DNA of 64,000 nt from an uncultured Candidatus Saccharibacteria bacterium. Its GTDB lineage: Bacteria; Patescibacteriota; Minisyncoccia; Phycocordibacterales; UBA1006. The notes under the pieces were generated by a model that had not been told where the DNA came from, did no database searches, and saw only the letters and a program-made list of their open reading frames with translations. Location of the stretch: contig CAYGJA010000001.1 of the NCBI GenBank assembly GCA_964350165.1, forward strand, positions 248,377 to 312,376, written 5' to 3'. Within the stretch, counting starts at the first letter, position 1. The number at the start of each line of letters is the position of its first letter. Shown piece by piece: positions 54,949 through 63,040 of this stretch. Position numbers and translations under genes: made by a program.

Positions 54949-57900
54949 CTACTGCAGGGTGACCGCGAACAAAGCTTCGTGAGCCACTACTTCAGCCTCG
55001 GCTTCTTTTGCCAAATCAGCAATTTCTAATCCATTAGCATTAACGGTATTTGTAATGTGCTCTTGGTAATTGGCCAACACTTCTTTTCCGGCATCATTAG
55101 TTGCAATTAGAATATTGACAGCATCGGCAGGTTCTAATCCGGCCGTCTTGCGCAGACCCTGGATATGTCGAATGAGCTCTCGTGCGCCCCCCTCCTGCTT
55201 GAGCTCTTTGGTTAAATTAGTGTCAAACCTACAAGGAGAGCCGTCTTGGTCACCTTGTTCGACAACAATTTCTTTGACGTTCAGCTCGTCTTTTAATAGA
55301 TACTCGCACTCCTGCCAATATTTTGGCACGACAGAAGATTTTATAAAGAATGACTGTAGAGGTTGTCGGACGTTAATTTGTTCTTGTTTGCGGATATTGA
55401 GACCCATCGTCACAAAATTTCGAATCTGGAGCATTGTGCTCAATAATTCAGAGTCTACCGGCTTGTTCGAGTCGGGCCAGGTGCACAGGTGCACGCTTTC
55501 GATATCTTGTTGTTTTCTAAGAGCTTGCCAAATTTCCTCAGCTACAAAAGGCACAAATGGAGCCAATATCTTGGAAGATTCGAGTAATACGTGTCGAAGT
55601 GCTCCTCGAGCCATCGCCGCGTCTTTACTTTCTCCATCTTTAAAACGATCCCGACTACGTCGCACATACCAAGTAGACAAATCGTCCACAAAAGCAAAGA
55701 TAGCGCGCGCGCTCTGATCCAAAGCATAACCATCCAAACTCGCAGTTACTTCATTTGAAAAATCTGCCAAACGAGCGCTCATCCAATGATCCAGAATATC
55801 TTCACTGTTGTTGATGTCGACATGCTCTCCCTGACTATAGAGCTGATAAAAAGAAAGCACGTTGCGCAATCGTCGCATTACTTTGTTTCCAGCGTCCTGT
55901 ACGCCTTTTTCGGTAAAACTACTGCTCTCTCCTCGAACCACGGGCAGGGACACCATAAACAACCGAAAAGCATCAGCGCCATACGCATCAAACACCTCTC
56001 GCGGATCAGGATAATTTTTGAGGCTCTTGGACATCTTTCGTCCGTCTTCGGCCAACACGAGACCGTTCACCACCACTTGCTGGAAAGCAGGCTTGTCAAA
56101 CAATGCGGTAGCCAATACCATCAACACATAAAACCACCCCCTGGTCTGGTCCAACCCTTCGGCAATAAAGCTCGCCGGAAAACGAGATTCTTCAAATAAT
56201 TGTTCGTTTTCGAATGGATAATGCAGTTGTGCATAGGGCATCGAACCAGAATCAAACCAAACATCAAAGACGTCTTCGATGCGCTGATATTCATTCCCTT
56301 CTGCGTCTTTCAGGACAACTTCGTCGATATACGGACGGTGCAAATCCAAATCATAATTATTGTTATGAGGAATGGGAACAAAAGGCAATGGTCTAAGTTC
56401 AGCATTTTTAAACGGAACAAAATCCGCTACAAAAGCCATATCATTGGTGTCTTTTTTGTATTCTTGGTTTTTGGGCAAATGCTCCATCGCCAGGACATTG
56501 AGCAACCAACATACACCACCATGTGTCACAATGACTATTTTTTTATCGGTATGAGTTTTTTCTATTTCATAAAGAAAATCTCCTAGCCTGTTTTTGACGT
56601 CTTGATAGGATTCTCCTCCCGGAACCGGCGTAGCAAACCAATCTTTCTTTGATTGGCTGGCAATATAATCATGATAATCAGACCACGCTCCCCCTTCGAA
56701 TTCTCCGGGCTCTTGCTCACGCAAACGCTCATCCACAATGATGGACTCCTTTGCTAGCCTCAGTTCAGTGGCCAAGACTTCGGCGGTTCCTCGTGTTCGC
56801 AACAATGGAGAAGTAATAATCAAATCAATATCCTGATCCTTGAGGTCATGCGCGGTCACGACTGTCTGTTCCTTGCCCAAATCAGTAATAGGATGAATGG
56901 TGTTGTCATAAGCACTAATCACACCCAAAGCATTTGATTCGGCTTCACCGTGACGCATTACATAGTAGGTATTCTTGGCAGACGGAACGTGTTGTTTTAG
57001 CTCGGCTATCGAACCAATCACGATTTGTTTGCCTGTTTCTTTGTTTTCCCACACCGGCAATGGTGTTCCCCAAAAACGACTACGAGATACTGCCCATTCG
57101 CGAGCACCCTCTAGCCAATTGCCAAATCTCCCGTCTCGCAAATGCTCTGGCACCCAATTTGTTTTGGCATTGTTGGCTAACAAGCGGTCTTTGATAGCGG
57201 GCACATCAACGAACCAAGACTTGGTTGCATAATTAAGGAGCGGTGTGTCACAACGCCAACACAATGGATAGCTGTGTACGTATTTGTATTTTGAAAATAA
57301 TTTTTCGTTATGGGCAAGCCATTTGACGATTTCGATATCGGTCGACATGGTGTCTCCTTTTTTCTTTACCAACAGACCAGCAAAGTCTGTTACTGGTTTC
57401 AAGAATTTTCCACCAATATCTACGTGTTGAATAAAAGGTAGCTGGTATTGCTTGCCAAGCTCCATATCATCGGAACCAAAAGCCGGCGCTATATGCACAA
57501 TACCAGTTCCTTCTTCGGTAGTAACAAAATCAGCAGCGTAGACCTTCCAGCCATTCTCTCGGTTCTCTAGTGTTTCGTCATTGGTGTAATAATCAAAAAC
57601 AGGCACATAAGATTTGCCCACTAATTCCTTGCCAGAAATTTCTGATTCAACCTGGTGTTCTTTGTCTTTGAACACTTCCCCAGCCAAATCCTTGGCGACA
57701 ATATAGCTATGGTCTTCAAATGAAATTTTGACATAGGAAATTTCTTCCCCAACCGCCAGCGCCACGTTTCCTGGCAATGTCCAGGGCGTGGTAGTCCAGG
57801 CGAGCAAATAAGTCCCCGGCTCGTCTACCAGTTCGAATTTTGCAGTGACCGTAATATCGGTAACATCTGCATAGCCCAAATTAACCTCAAAGTTCGCCAG

Positions 57901-58476
57901 TGGCGTCTCGCAACGGGGACAAATATGCATTGGCTTAAAGCCCTGATTTACTAGCCCCTTGTCGTGCAATTGCCGGAACACCCACCAAACCGATTCCATA
58001 TAACTAGCCTGCATGGTCATATACGGATCCTGCATATCTACCCAACGCCCGGTACGCGGGACCAACCCCTCCCAATCGGCCGCATAGCGCAAAACACTGG
58101 CCCGAGCAGCGTCATTAAATTTGTCGATACCGTATGCCTCGATGTCTTTTTTTGATTTCAGATCAAGTTCTTTTTCTATCAAATTCTCGATTGGCAATCC
58201 ATGACAATCCCAACCCCAGCGGCGCGGCACACGATAGCCCTGCATGGTTTTGTAGCGTGGAATAATGTCCTTGATCGTACCAGCCAAAAGGTTACCCAGA
58301 TGAGCAGTACCGGTACCATAAGGAGGGCCATCATAAAACACAAATTCTCCCTGGGGTGCTTCTTTTTCTAGGCTTTTTTCAAAGATTTTTTGTTCTTGCC
58401 AAAAACGTAGGATTTGCTCTTCGCTTTCCGCCACATCGCTTTTTTCTATTTTTTTGGGAGTTTTAGCATCGCTCAT
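54949..58476 (-). CDS. ileS: Isoleucine--tRNA ligase (eukaryote-like type) carrying an in-frame histidine-phosphatase (PGAM-family) domain insertion
   Basis: HIGH-region PPYGTGTAHLGNLLAGTIKDI, CP1 editing domain, KMSKS (DGRKMSKSLKNYPDP), anticodon-binding domain. About 190-aa inserted domain YYVMRHGEAESN...ITSPLLRTRGTAEVL...VIVTHGGV between WGTPLPVW and DLHRPYIDE. ORF track starts at GTG 58494; ATG 58476 (MSDAKTPKK) preferred. Confidence 0.9.
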   Translation of the reverse strand: MSDAKTPKKIEKSDVAESEEQILRFWQEQKIFEKSLEKEAPQGEFVFYDGPPYGTGTAHLGNLLAGTIKDIIPRYKTMQGYRVPRRWGWDCHGLPIENLIEKELDLKSKKDIEAYGIDKFNDAARASVLRYAADWEGLVPRTGRWVDMQDPYMTMQASYMESVWWVFRQLHDKGLVNQGFKPMHICPRCETPLANFEVNLGYADVTDITVTAKFELVDEPGTYLLAWTTTPWTLPGNVALAVGEEISYVKISFEDHSYIVAKDLAGEVFKDKEHQVESEISGKELVGKSYVPVFDYYTNDETLENRENGWKVYAADFVTTEEGTGIVHIAPAFGSDDMELGKQYQLPFIQHVDIGGKFLKPVTDFAGLLVKKKGDTMSTDIEIVKWLAHNEKLFSKYKYVHSYPLCWRCDTPLLNYATKSWFVDVPAIKDRLLANNAKTNWVPEHLRDGRFGNWLEGAREWAVSRSRFWGTPLPVWENKETGKQIVIGSIAELKQHVPSAKNTYYVMRHGEAESNALGVISAYDNTIHPITDLGKEQTVVTAHDLKDQDIDLIITSPLLRTRGTAEVLATELRLAKESIIVDERLREQEPGEFEGGAWSDYHDYIASQSKKDWFATPVPGGESYQDVKNRLGDFLYEIEKTHTDKKIVIVTHGGVCWLLNVLAMEHLPKNQEYKKDTNDMAFVADFVPFKNAELRPLPFVPIPHNNNYDLDLHRPYIDEVVLKDAEGNEYQRIEDVFDVWFDSGSMPYAQLHYPFENEQLFEESRFPASFIAEGLDQTRGWFYVLMVLATALFDKPAFQQVVVNGLVLAEDGRKMSKSLKNYPDPREVFDAYGADAFRLFMVSLPVVRGESSSFTEKGVQDAGNKVMRRLRNVLSFYQLYSQGEHVDINNSEDILDHWMSARLADFSNEVTASLDGYALDQSARAIFAFVDDLSTWYVRRSRDRFKDGESKDAAMARGALRHVLLESSKILAPFVPFVAEEIWQALRKQQDIESVHLCTWPDSNKPVDSELLSTMLQIRNFVTMGLNIRKQEQINVRQPLQSFFIKSSVVPKYWQECEYLLKDELNVKEIVVEQGDQDGSPCRFDTNLTKELKQEGGARELIRHIQGLRKTAGLEPADAVNILIATNDAGKEVLANYQEHITNTVNANGLEIADLAKEAEAEVVAHEALFAVTLQ
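56395..56970 (-). other. Histidine phosphatase (phosphoglycerate-mutase-like, branch 1) domain embedded in IleRS (about aa 509-700)
   Basis: RHG motif (VMRHGEAESN), conserved Arg (LLRTRGTAE), glutamate (EQEPGEFEGG), distal His (VIVTHGGV). Flanked both sides by conserved IleRS catalytic-core sequence. Confidence 0.75.
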
Positions 58477-58484
58477 ATTGCCCC

Positions 58485-58495
58485 ATATTAGCACA
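58485..58495 (-). promoter_or_regulatory. Extended -10 promoter element (TGTGCTAATAT) 8 nt upstream of ileS ATG; near-leaderless transcript predicted
   Basis: Minus strand TGTGCTAATAT-ggggcaat-ATG. TGnTAATAT fits extended -10. No SD sequence. No T-box leader. Confidence 0.35.
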
Positions 58496-58552
58496 AAAGC
58501 CTTGCACGACTAGCCCCAGAGTCTTGTTTCGGAACGCTTTTCGAAACACAGA

Positions 58553-58933
58553 TTAGTCTAGAATTTTTTTATTTTTTAACGTTTTTTGCCACCAGGCTGT
58601 TTCTTTTGTGCCTTTAATATGGTTTTTGTGATAGACCAATAACACTTCGGCACTCTGCCGATTATCGTCAAGCCGAGCAATAAAACGATGACCAGACTTT
58701 AGGGCTGAGGTTTTTTCACCAAAAATCTTAAAATAACCTTTCACTATACGAGTATTTCCCTCGTGAATAATGGTCTCCAAAATACTTGTTTCTTGAATGG
58801 TTTTATCGGGCAACTGCAAAAGCCGTATTATTGCCTCTCTAGTCAGTGGCCATCTCTTTTTATGTTTTTTTGCCAAATCCTTGCAATAGTGTTTTTCCGC
58901 AAAGGTATGAATAACAACACGATACGTCGACAT
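58553..58933 (-). CDS. RelE/ParE-superfamily-like toxin (putative)
   Basis: 126 aa. YRVVIHTFAEKHYCKDLAKKHKKRWPLTREAIIRLLQLP ... GHRFIARLDDNRQSAEVLLVYHKNHIKG follows the RelE/ParE pattern. Starts 6 nt after the upstream antitoxin-like gene. Confidence 0.45.
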   Translation of the reverse strand: MSTYRVVIHTFAEKHYCKDLAKKHKKRWPLTREAIIRLLQLPDKTIQETSILETIIHEGNTRIVKGYFKIFGEKTSALKSGHRFIARLDDNRQSAEVLLVYHKNHIKGTKETAWWQKTLKNKKILD

Positions 58934-58938
58934 AACCC

Positions 58939-59637
58939 CTAGAACACATTGTCATGGTCTTCTTGACCAATCAAAGCATAGCTGATGAGCTCACCGTCTC
59001 CGGCCAGCTTGTAGGGCAGCTGTCCGTGTGTAAAAGCCACGATTTCATTAGTGCTGACATCGTGCCACTTCTTCTCGATATCATTCATCAATGTAATTTG
59101 TTCACTCGACAAATGGGCAGACTGATACAGATTTCCAGGACGCGTCGCACGGAGTAGATATACCGGCCCCTTGTCGGTGGTCTTGTGCTCGACCTCAATC
59201 AGGCCTTTTTCTTCCAACTCGTCTATCATCCGAAAATACGTGTCCGGTACGGGGCCAAATTGGATTTTGCGGTAGCCAAGCCCACTCATGCTGTCCATAT
59301 GTTCATAAAACCAAGCAAAATCAGCCAAATATAAAAGTTTGGCCAACTTTGTTTTTGGCACCTTGCCGTCGCCCGCTCCGCGGGCGACGGCCTGCAACAT
59401 TGCAATAATCATATCGCGGTAGACGTCTAATCGCGGCGCAATTCCCGCCACCAATTCTTCGACGGTTACGCCCAATACTCGCGCCAGCCGTTCGGCCTCC
59501 TGAATCGAAACATCGCGCGCGCCTTTTTCGATCGCAATATACGACGGACGCGAAAGTCCGACCGCCTCCGCCATCGAGACCTGTGTCAGCTTTTTTTCTT
59601 TTCGCAGCGTCAACACTGCATCACCTAATGTAGCCAT
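58939..59637 (-). CDS. HTH-XRE + Panacea (DUF4065/SocA-like) domain protein, putative antitoxin
   Basis: N-term LRKEKKLTQVSMAEAVGLSRPSYIAIEKGARDVSIQEAERLARVLGVTVEEL (Cro/C1 HTH). C-term KLAKLLYLADFAWFYEHMDSMSGLGYRKIQFGPVPDTYFRMIDELEEKGLIE matches the Panacea core. Confidence 0.6.
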   Translation of the reverse strand: MATLGDAVLTLRKEKKLTQVSMAEAVGLSRPSYIAIEKGARDVSIQEAERLARVLGVTVEELVAGIAPRLDVYRDMIIAMLQAVARGAGDGKVPKTKLAKLLYLADFAWFYEHMDSMSGLGYRKIQFGPVPDTYFRMIDELEEKGLIEVEHKTTDKGPVYLLRATRPGNLYQSAHLSSEQITLMNDIEKKWHDVSTNEIVAFTHGQLPYKLAGDGELISYALIGQEDHDNVF

Positions 59638-59718
59638 ATGCCTTTACTGTACAGAATGGGTGTAAAAAGTAAAGACAGGGTGTGTATTAACTTTTTACAT
59701 AACTCATTCTTTTGCGCC

Positions 59719-60522
59719 TCATTCGCTACTTTTTCGAGGCCCCAGTGGACGGAACCAAATCGAAGGGAAGGTTTTGTTATAGTTTTGCTCAAAATAAGCA
59801 ACACCCTTCTGAAGTTTGCGATACATGGCACTAAGCTCGGTGTACTCATTTTCTGAACCGATAAGCTGGATATGAAGAACTTCATTGGCTTTATAGAGCG
59901 CAAAAGCTAGCAGAATTCTCTCGTCCAGATTTTCCACTTGGTTGTCACAGCACTCATATGTGCGCATTCGATTATTAAAATAAAAAAACAAATTAGTCTT
60001 TTTATCTTTTTCTCTACCCCCGCACTTCTCTGCGGCACGCTCTTGCTGCCTATATAAAATCCACAATTTCTCTGCCAACACACTATTGGACGCTACAATC
60101 GCATGGATATGGTCTACTTGTCGATTAAATGCTTCTGCCCTCTCTAAAAACCTGGCCAAGGTATCCACAATTTTTTTTTGCTGCACAATTTTTGCACCAA
60201 ATGCTGTGCGGGCAAACCCGCCTATTTTCAAGAGTTCTGGGCCAGCAGTAAAATGGAGCGGGTATACCTGCTTATGTGGATTCCACCACTCAGCATCATG
60301 ATAATTCGCTGGATAGCGCGCCCCAATCCAGTTTTTGGCATAATCTAACTCTGCCTGAAATGCCCTCACCACAGATTTTAAATTCTGATACCGCGCAATA
60401 ATAGATTGCTGATAAGCAAGAATCGCAATAACGACAGCAATAAACGTCAGAAAAAAGGTCGCTGTATCAGCTTGAAACAATATATATTCACCTACCGGCG
60501 TCAAAATCCTGCTTATAACCAT
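59719..60522 (-). CDS. Hypothetical membrane-anchored protein (N-terminal TM, helical cytoplasmic domain)
   Basis: 267 aa. TM FFLTFIAVVIAILAY. Start overlaps stop of upstream HsdR_N-like gene by 10 nt (operon). Confidence 0.4.
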   Translation of the reverse strand: MVISRILTPVGEYILFQADTATFFLTFIAVVIAILAYQQSIIARYQNLKSVVRAFQAELDYAKNWIGARYPANYHDAEWWNPHKQVYPLHFTAGPELLKIGGFARTAFGAKIVQQKKIVDTLARFLERAEAFNRQVDHIHAIVASNSVLAEKLWILYRQQERAAEKCGGREKDKKTNLFFYFNNRMRTYECCDNQVENLDERILLAFALYKANEVLHIQLIGSENEYTELSAMYRKLQKGVAYFEQNYNKTFPSIWFRPLGPRKSSE

Positions 60523-60800
60523 ACTTCGTCAATCTCCTTCATAATCCGATCAGTTTCCACCAACACCGTGGTGATGCCCTGATAGTTAGATATTTTATTT
60601 TTGAGAACAACAAAGTCAGGCTTGTTGCCGCCCACCGCCCTGGCGTCGTGATGAATATGATAGCCAGCATCTTTTGGAAAGAATGTTCCAAGAAAGTTTT
60701 CGAACTCGGTACGGAAACCCATCTCTGAGTTTTGAGGATCTTTGAATTTATTTGCAATAGCAATAATATAGTCCCGCATATACGCCCTACTATAACCCAA
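60513..60800 (-). CDS. Small stand-alone HsdR_N-like (restriction-endonuclease-fold) protein
   Basis: 95 aa. FRTEFENFLGTFFPKDAGYHIHHDARAVGGNKPDFVVLKNKISNYQGITTVLVETD follows the HSDR_N topology (E..F...L...GY ... kPDfVvl ... hydrophobic strand + E). Tentative. Confidence 0.35.
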   Translation of the reverse strand: MGYSRAYMRDYIIAIANKFKDPQNSEMGFRTEFENFLGTFFPKDAGYHIHHDARAVGGNKPDFVVLKNKISNYQGITTVLVETDRIMKEIDEVWL

Positions 60801-60842
60801 ACAAGTGGCTTTGCCAGCAAAAAAAGTAATTGGTACCTAAAA

Positions 60843-60936
60843 CCCACCCTGCCTAATATAGATATTGATAAAATCGACAGCACTTTGTCGCAGGCAATTA
60901 CGCCGGGTATTTTTTGGCTGGCAATTATTCTGGCAC
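60843..60936 (+). pseudogene. Truncated duplicate of the 5' region of gene 62074..62382 (left copy of 94-bp direct repeat)
   Basis: 94 nt about 96% identical to 62119..62212, encoding PTLPNIDIDKIDSTLSQAITPGIFWLAIIL. Reading frame terminates right after (…AHKTRSH*). Confidence 0.6.
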
Positions 60937-60992
60937 ACAAAACCAGGTCGCATTAAAAGAATTCAAAGCCAGACATCAAGTCTAAGATTGTT

Positions 60993-61982
60993 CTACGCCT
61001 TGACTGGCAACATGTTTAATATACGCCTACGACCCGCTTCCCATTTTTTTTTACGTTCTGTTTTCTTGGGTTGATGCCTCGGATCTGTTTCAGCAACGGA
61101 TCCCAGGGTTGCCGCCATCAAGTTAACCATTGCTTCATCTATTTGTTTTATTGCACCGGCTGACGGGCTCTCCTCCCGTATGGGCAGCCCAAAATCCCAC
61201 CGGCCCGCATCCATTTTTTCAGTCAAAGAACTACTGCTTGGTGGTGCTTCATAATTCAGCAGGCCCCCTAGGTTTTGTGCAATACGAGCTGCTGCAATCA
61301 TTTCTAGGGTAGCTTTAGGAATAGTTCCGTCAGCTGTGGATAAACCATCAAACCATGTTTCAGCCAGAAAAGCATATTCTTCTGCTCTTGTTTTAACTTC
61401 TTGAAACCCACCATCAATCGAGGCGCGACGAGCAGCTTGAAGTGGATGAGTATCAATTTCTTTAAGACGATTCCGAACTAAATCGATTTCTTTTGTTAGT
61501 TCTTCGCCATTTTTTTGTCGCGCAATCAAACCACGAAGTTCTCTCTCTAGACGAGCGATATAGCCTAATTGATCAGCGTCTGTTTTTTCCATGGACCGCA
61601 GACTGGGGAGGTTAGCGCCTTCTTGGGCGTTCCTAAAATCTCTATACACTTCAAGCACCTCATTCATAGGGTCAATGACTTGACGCCAGAGCGACAAAGG
61701 TTTGTACCAATCTGGAAGACTCTGACTGTTGTTTTCGGCTAGTTGTTTCTCATGGTTGCGTACAGCGGGCAAATTTTCTTTGATGTATTGCAACCACTTT
61801 TCTTTTAATCTTGAAAGATTCTGGCCATCTATCTCGAGTGAACCTCCTTCGAAGTAATACTTAAATCCCTCTAAAATTTTTTTTTGTTCCTCGGGTAATA
61901 CTATCTTTCCGGGTGCTTCGACCAGGGAAGGGATTTCTATTTTTTTACTAAAAATATTTTTTATACCATCTAGATTAAACAT
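60993..61982 (-). CDS. Hypothetical protein (329 aa) on the segment bracketed by the 94-bp direct repeats
   Basis: Helical/coiled-coil prediction. Basic C-terminus KKTERKKKWEAGRRRILN. No integrase/transposase motifs. Confidence 0.45.
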   Translation of the reverse strand: MFNLDGIKNIFSKKIEIPSLVEAPGKIVLPEEQKKILEGFKYYFEGGSLEIDGQNLSRLKEKWLQYIKENLPAVRNHEKQLAENNSQSLPDWYKPLSLWRQVIDPMNEVLEVYRDFRNAQEGANLPSLRSMEKTDADQLGYIARLERELRGLIARQKNGEELTKEIDLVRNRLKEIDTHPLQAARRASIDGGFQEVKTRAEEYAFLAETWFDGLSTADGTIPKATLEMIAAARIAQNLGGLLNYEAPPSSSSLTEKMDAGRWDFGLPIREESPSAGAIKQIDEAMVNLMAATLGSVAETDPRHQPKKTERKKKWEAGRRRILNMLPVKA

Positions 61983-62073
61983 ACTACACAGAGGTTATTT
62001 TTTGTCGTGTGACACTATAATTATATCTCATCCTTGAACCTATGTTTTTTTCTCCTTTTGTAAATAGCGTATA

Positions 62074-62382
62074 ATGAGAAGCATGGAACCAGTAGCAATG
62101 ACTACACAAATCCCTAGACCCACCCTGCCTAATATAGATATTGATAAAATCGACAGCACTCTGTCGCAAGCTATTACGCCGGGTATTTTTTGGCTGGCAA
62201 TTATTCTGGCACTGCTTTTTGTGGCCATCATGACAGCGGTGCTTCGCTGGCACTGGCGACGTTACGCCCTCAACACAAAAACCGAAAAAAAGATGATTCG
62301 CATGTATTACCTTGGTATGTTTGTTGGTGTATCTGCGCTGATTATTAGCGGTATTATGTACACCCTAAATTACTCATCATGA
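62074..62382 (+). CDS. Small two-TM membrane protein (intact copy carrying right repeat)
   Basis: 102 aa with TM GIFWLAIILALLFVAIMTAVL and YYLGMFVGVSALIISGIMY. Stop overlaps start of downstream bPH_2 gene (ATGA). Confidence 0.5.
   Translation: MRSMEPVAMTTQIPRPTLPNIDIDKIDSTLSQAITPGIFWLAIILALLFVAIMTAVLRWHWRRYALNTKTEKKMIRMYYLGMFVGVSALIISGIMYTLNYSS
62119..62212 (+). repeat. Right copy of 94-bp direct repeat (pairs with 60843..60936)
   Basis: CCCACCCTGCCTAATATAGATATTGATAAAATCGACAGCAC...TGGCAC. About 4 mismatches versus left copy. Confidence 0.8.
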
Positions 62383-63005
62383 TTCAAATCCCCCGCGATG
62401 AAAAAATAATCCTCGTACTCCGCAAGCACTGGTTTGTGCTCCTGGTGGAGTCCTTGGTCTTTGTTGGTTTGGCTGTGGCGCCTGCTTTGGCGCTGAGTGC
62501 GGGAGCTTTTTTCTTTAAACCAGACCTGGCCTCTTCTCTGACTATTCTGGTGGGAGGGGCGTATATTATCTGGTTACTGGCGCTGTGGATTGGTTTTTTT
62601 GTATTTTGGACTGACTTTTATTTAGACATCTGGATTATTACCGACAAGCGCATTGTGGACATCGAACAACAAGGGCTCTTTTCTCGCACCACCTCTGCCC
62701 TGCGTCACGAAAACATCCAAGACAGCACCATTAGCGAAGGCGGCGTGGTGGCATCATTGCTTGGCTTTGGAACGGTAAAAGTCCAAAGCGCCGCGGCTGA
62801 TGTTCAGATTGTCATCCCTTATGCTCGATCTCCTCGCAAGGTAAAAGAGCTGATTATGCACCTGCATGACACCACTCTGGAAAAAACAAAAACCGTCCGG
62901 CTGGCCAAAGAAGACATTGTCGCCCTCCGCGAAGCCATGGACGACCAGGAAGATCTCGAAGACCTCTTCCCTGCTCATCACAAACGGAAAAAATCAGACA
63001 AATAA
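62379..63005 (+). CDS. Bacterial PH-domain (bPH_2/YdbT-like) membrane protein
   Basis: ILVLRKHWFVLL... two TM helices then PH-like domain (IWIITDKRIVDIEQQGLFSRTTSALRHENIQDSTISEGGVVASLLGFGTVKVQS). Confidence 0.65.
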   Translation: MIQIPRDEKIILVLRKHWFVLLVESLVFVGLAVAPALALSAGAFFFKPDLASSLTILVGGAYIIWLLALWIGFFVFWTDFYLDIWIITDKRIVDIEQQGLFSRTTSALRHENIQDSTISEGGVVASLLGFGTVKVQSAAADVQIVIPYARSPRKVKELIMHLHDTTLEKTKTVRLAKEDIVALREAMDDQEDLEDLFPAHHKRKKSDK

Positions 63006-63039
63006 AAAAGGCCCCTGCTTGTGCAAAGGGGCCTTTTTC
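63006..63039. terminator. Bidirectional terminator (AAAAAGGCCCCTGCTTGTGCAAAGGGGCCTTTTT)
   Basis: GGCCCCT/AGGGGCC stem with A/T runs. Between convergent bPH_2 gene and minus-strand genes. Confidence 0.75.
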
Positions 63040-63040
63040 C

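Noticed and set aside
54949-58494. IleRS HLGN instead of HIGH as a sign of pseudogenisation
   Set aside because: H-x-G-N variants occur in eukaryote-like IleRS, KMSKS and all other motifs are intact, and the ORF is uninterrupted.
60732-60956. 74-aa ORF 60732..60956 as a real gene
   Set aside because: Its first half is antisense to the HsdR_N-like gene. Only the repeat-derived 3' portion is meaningful, so it is recorded as a pseudogene fragment.
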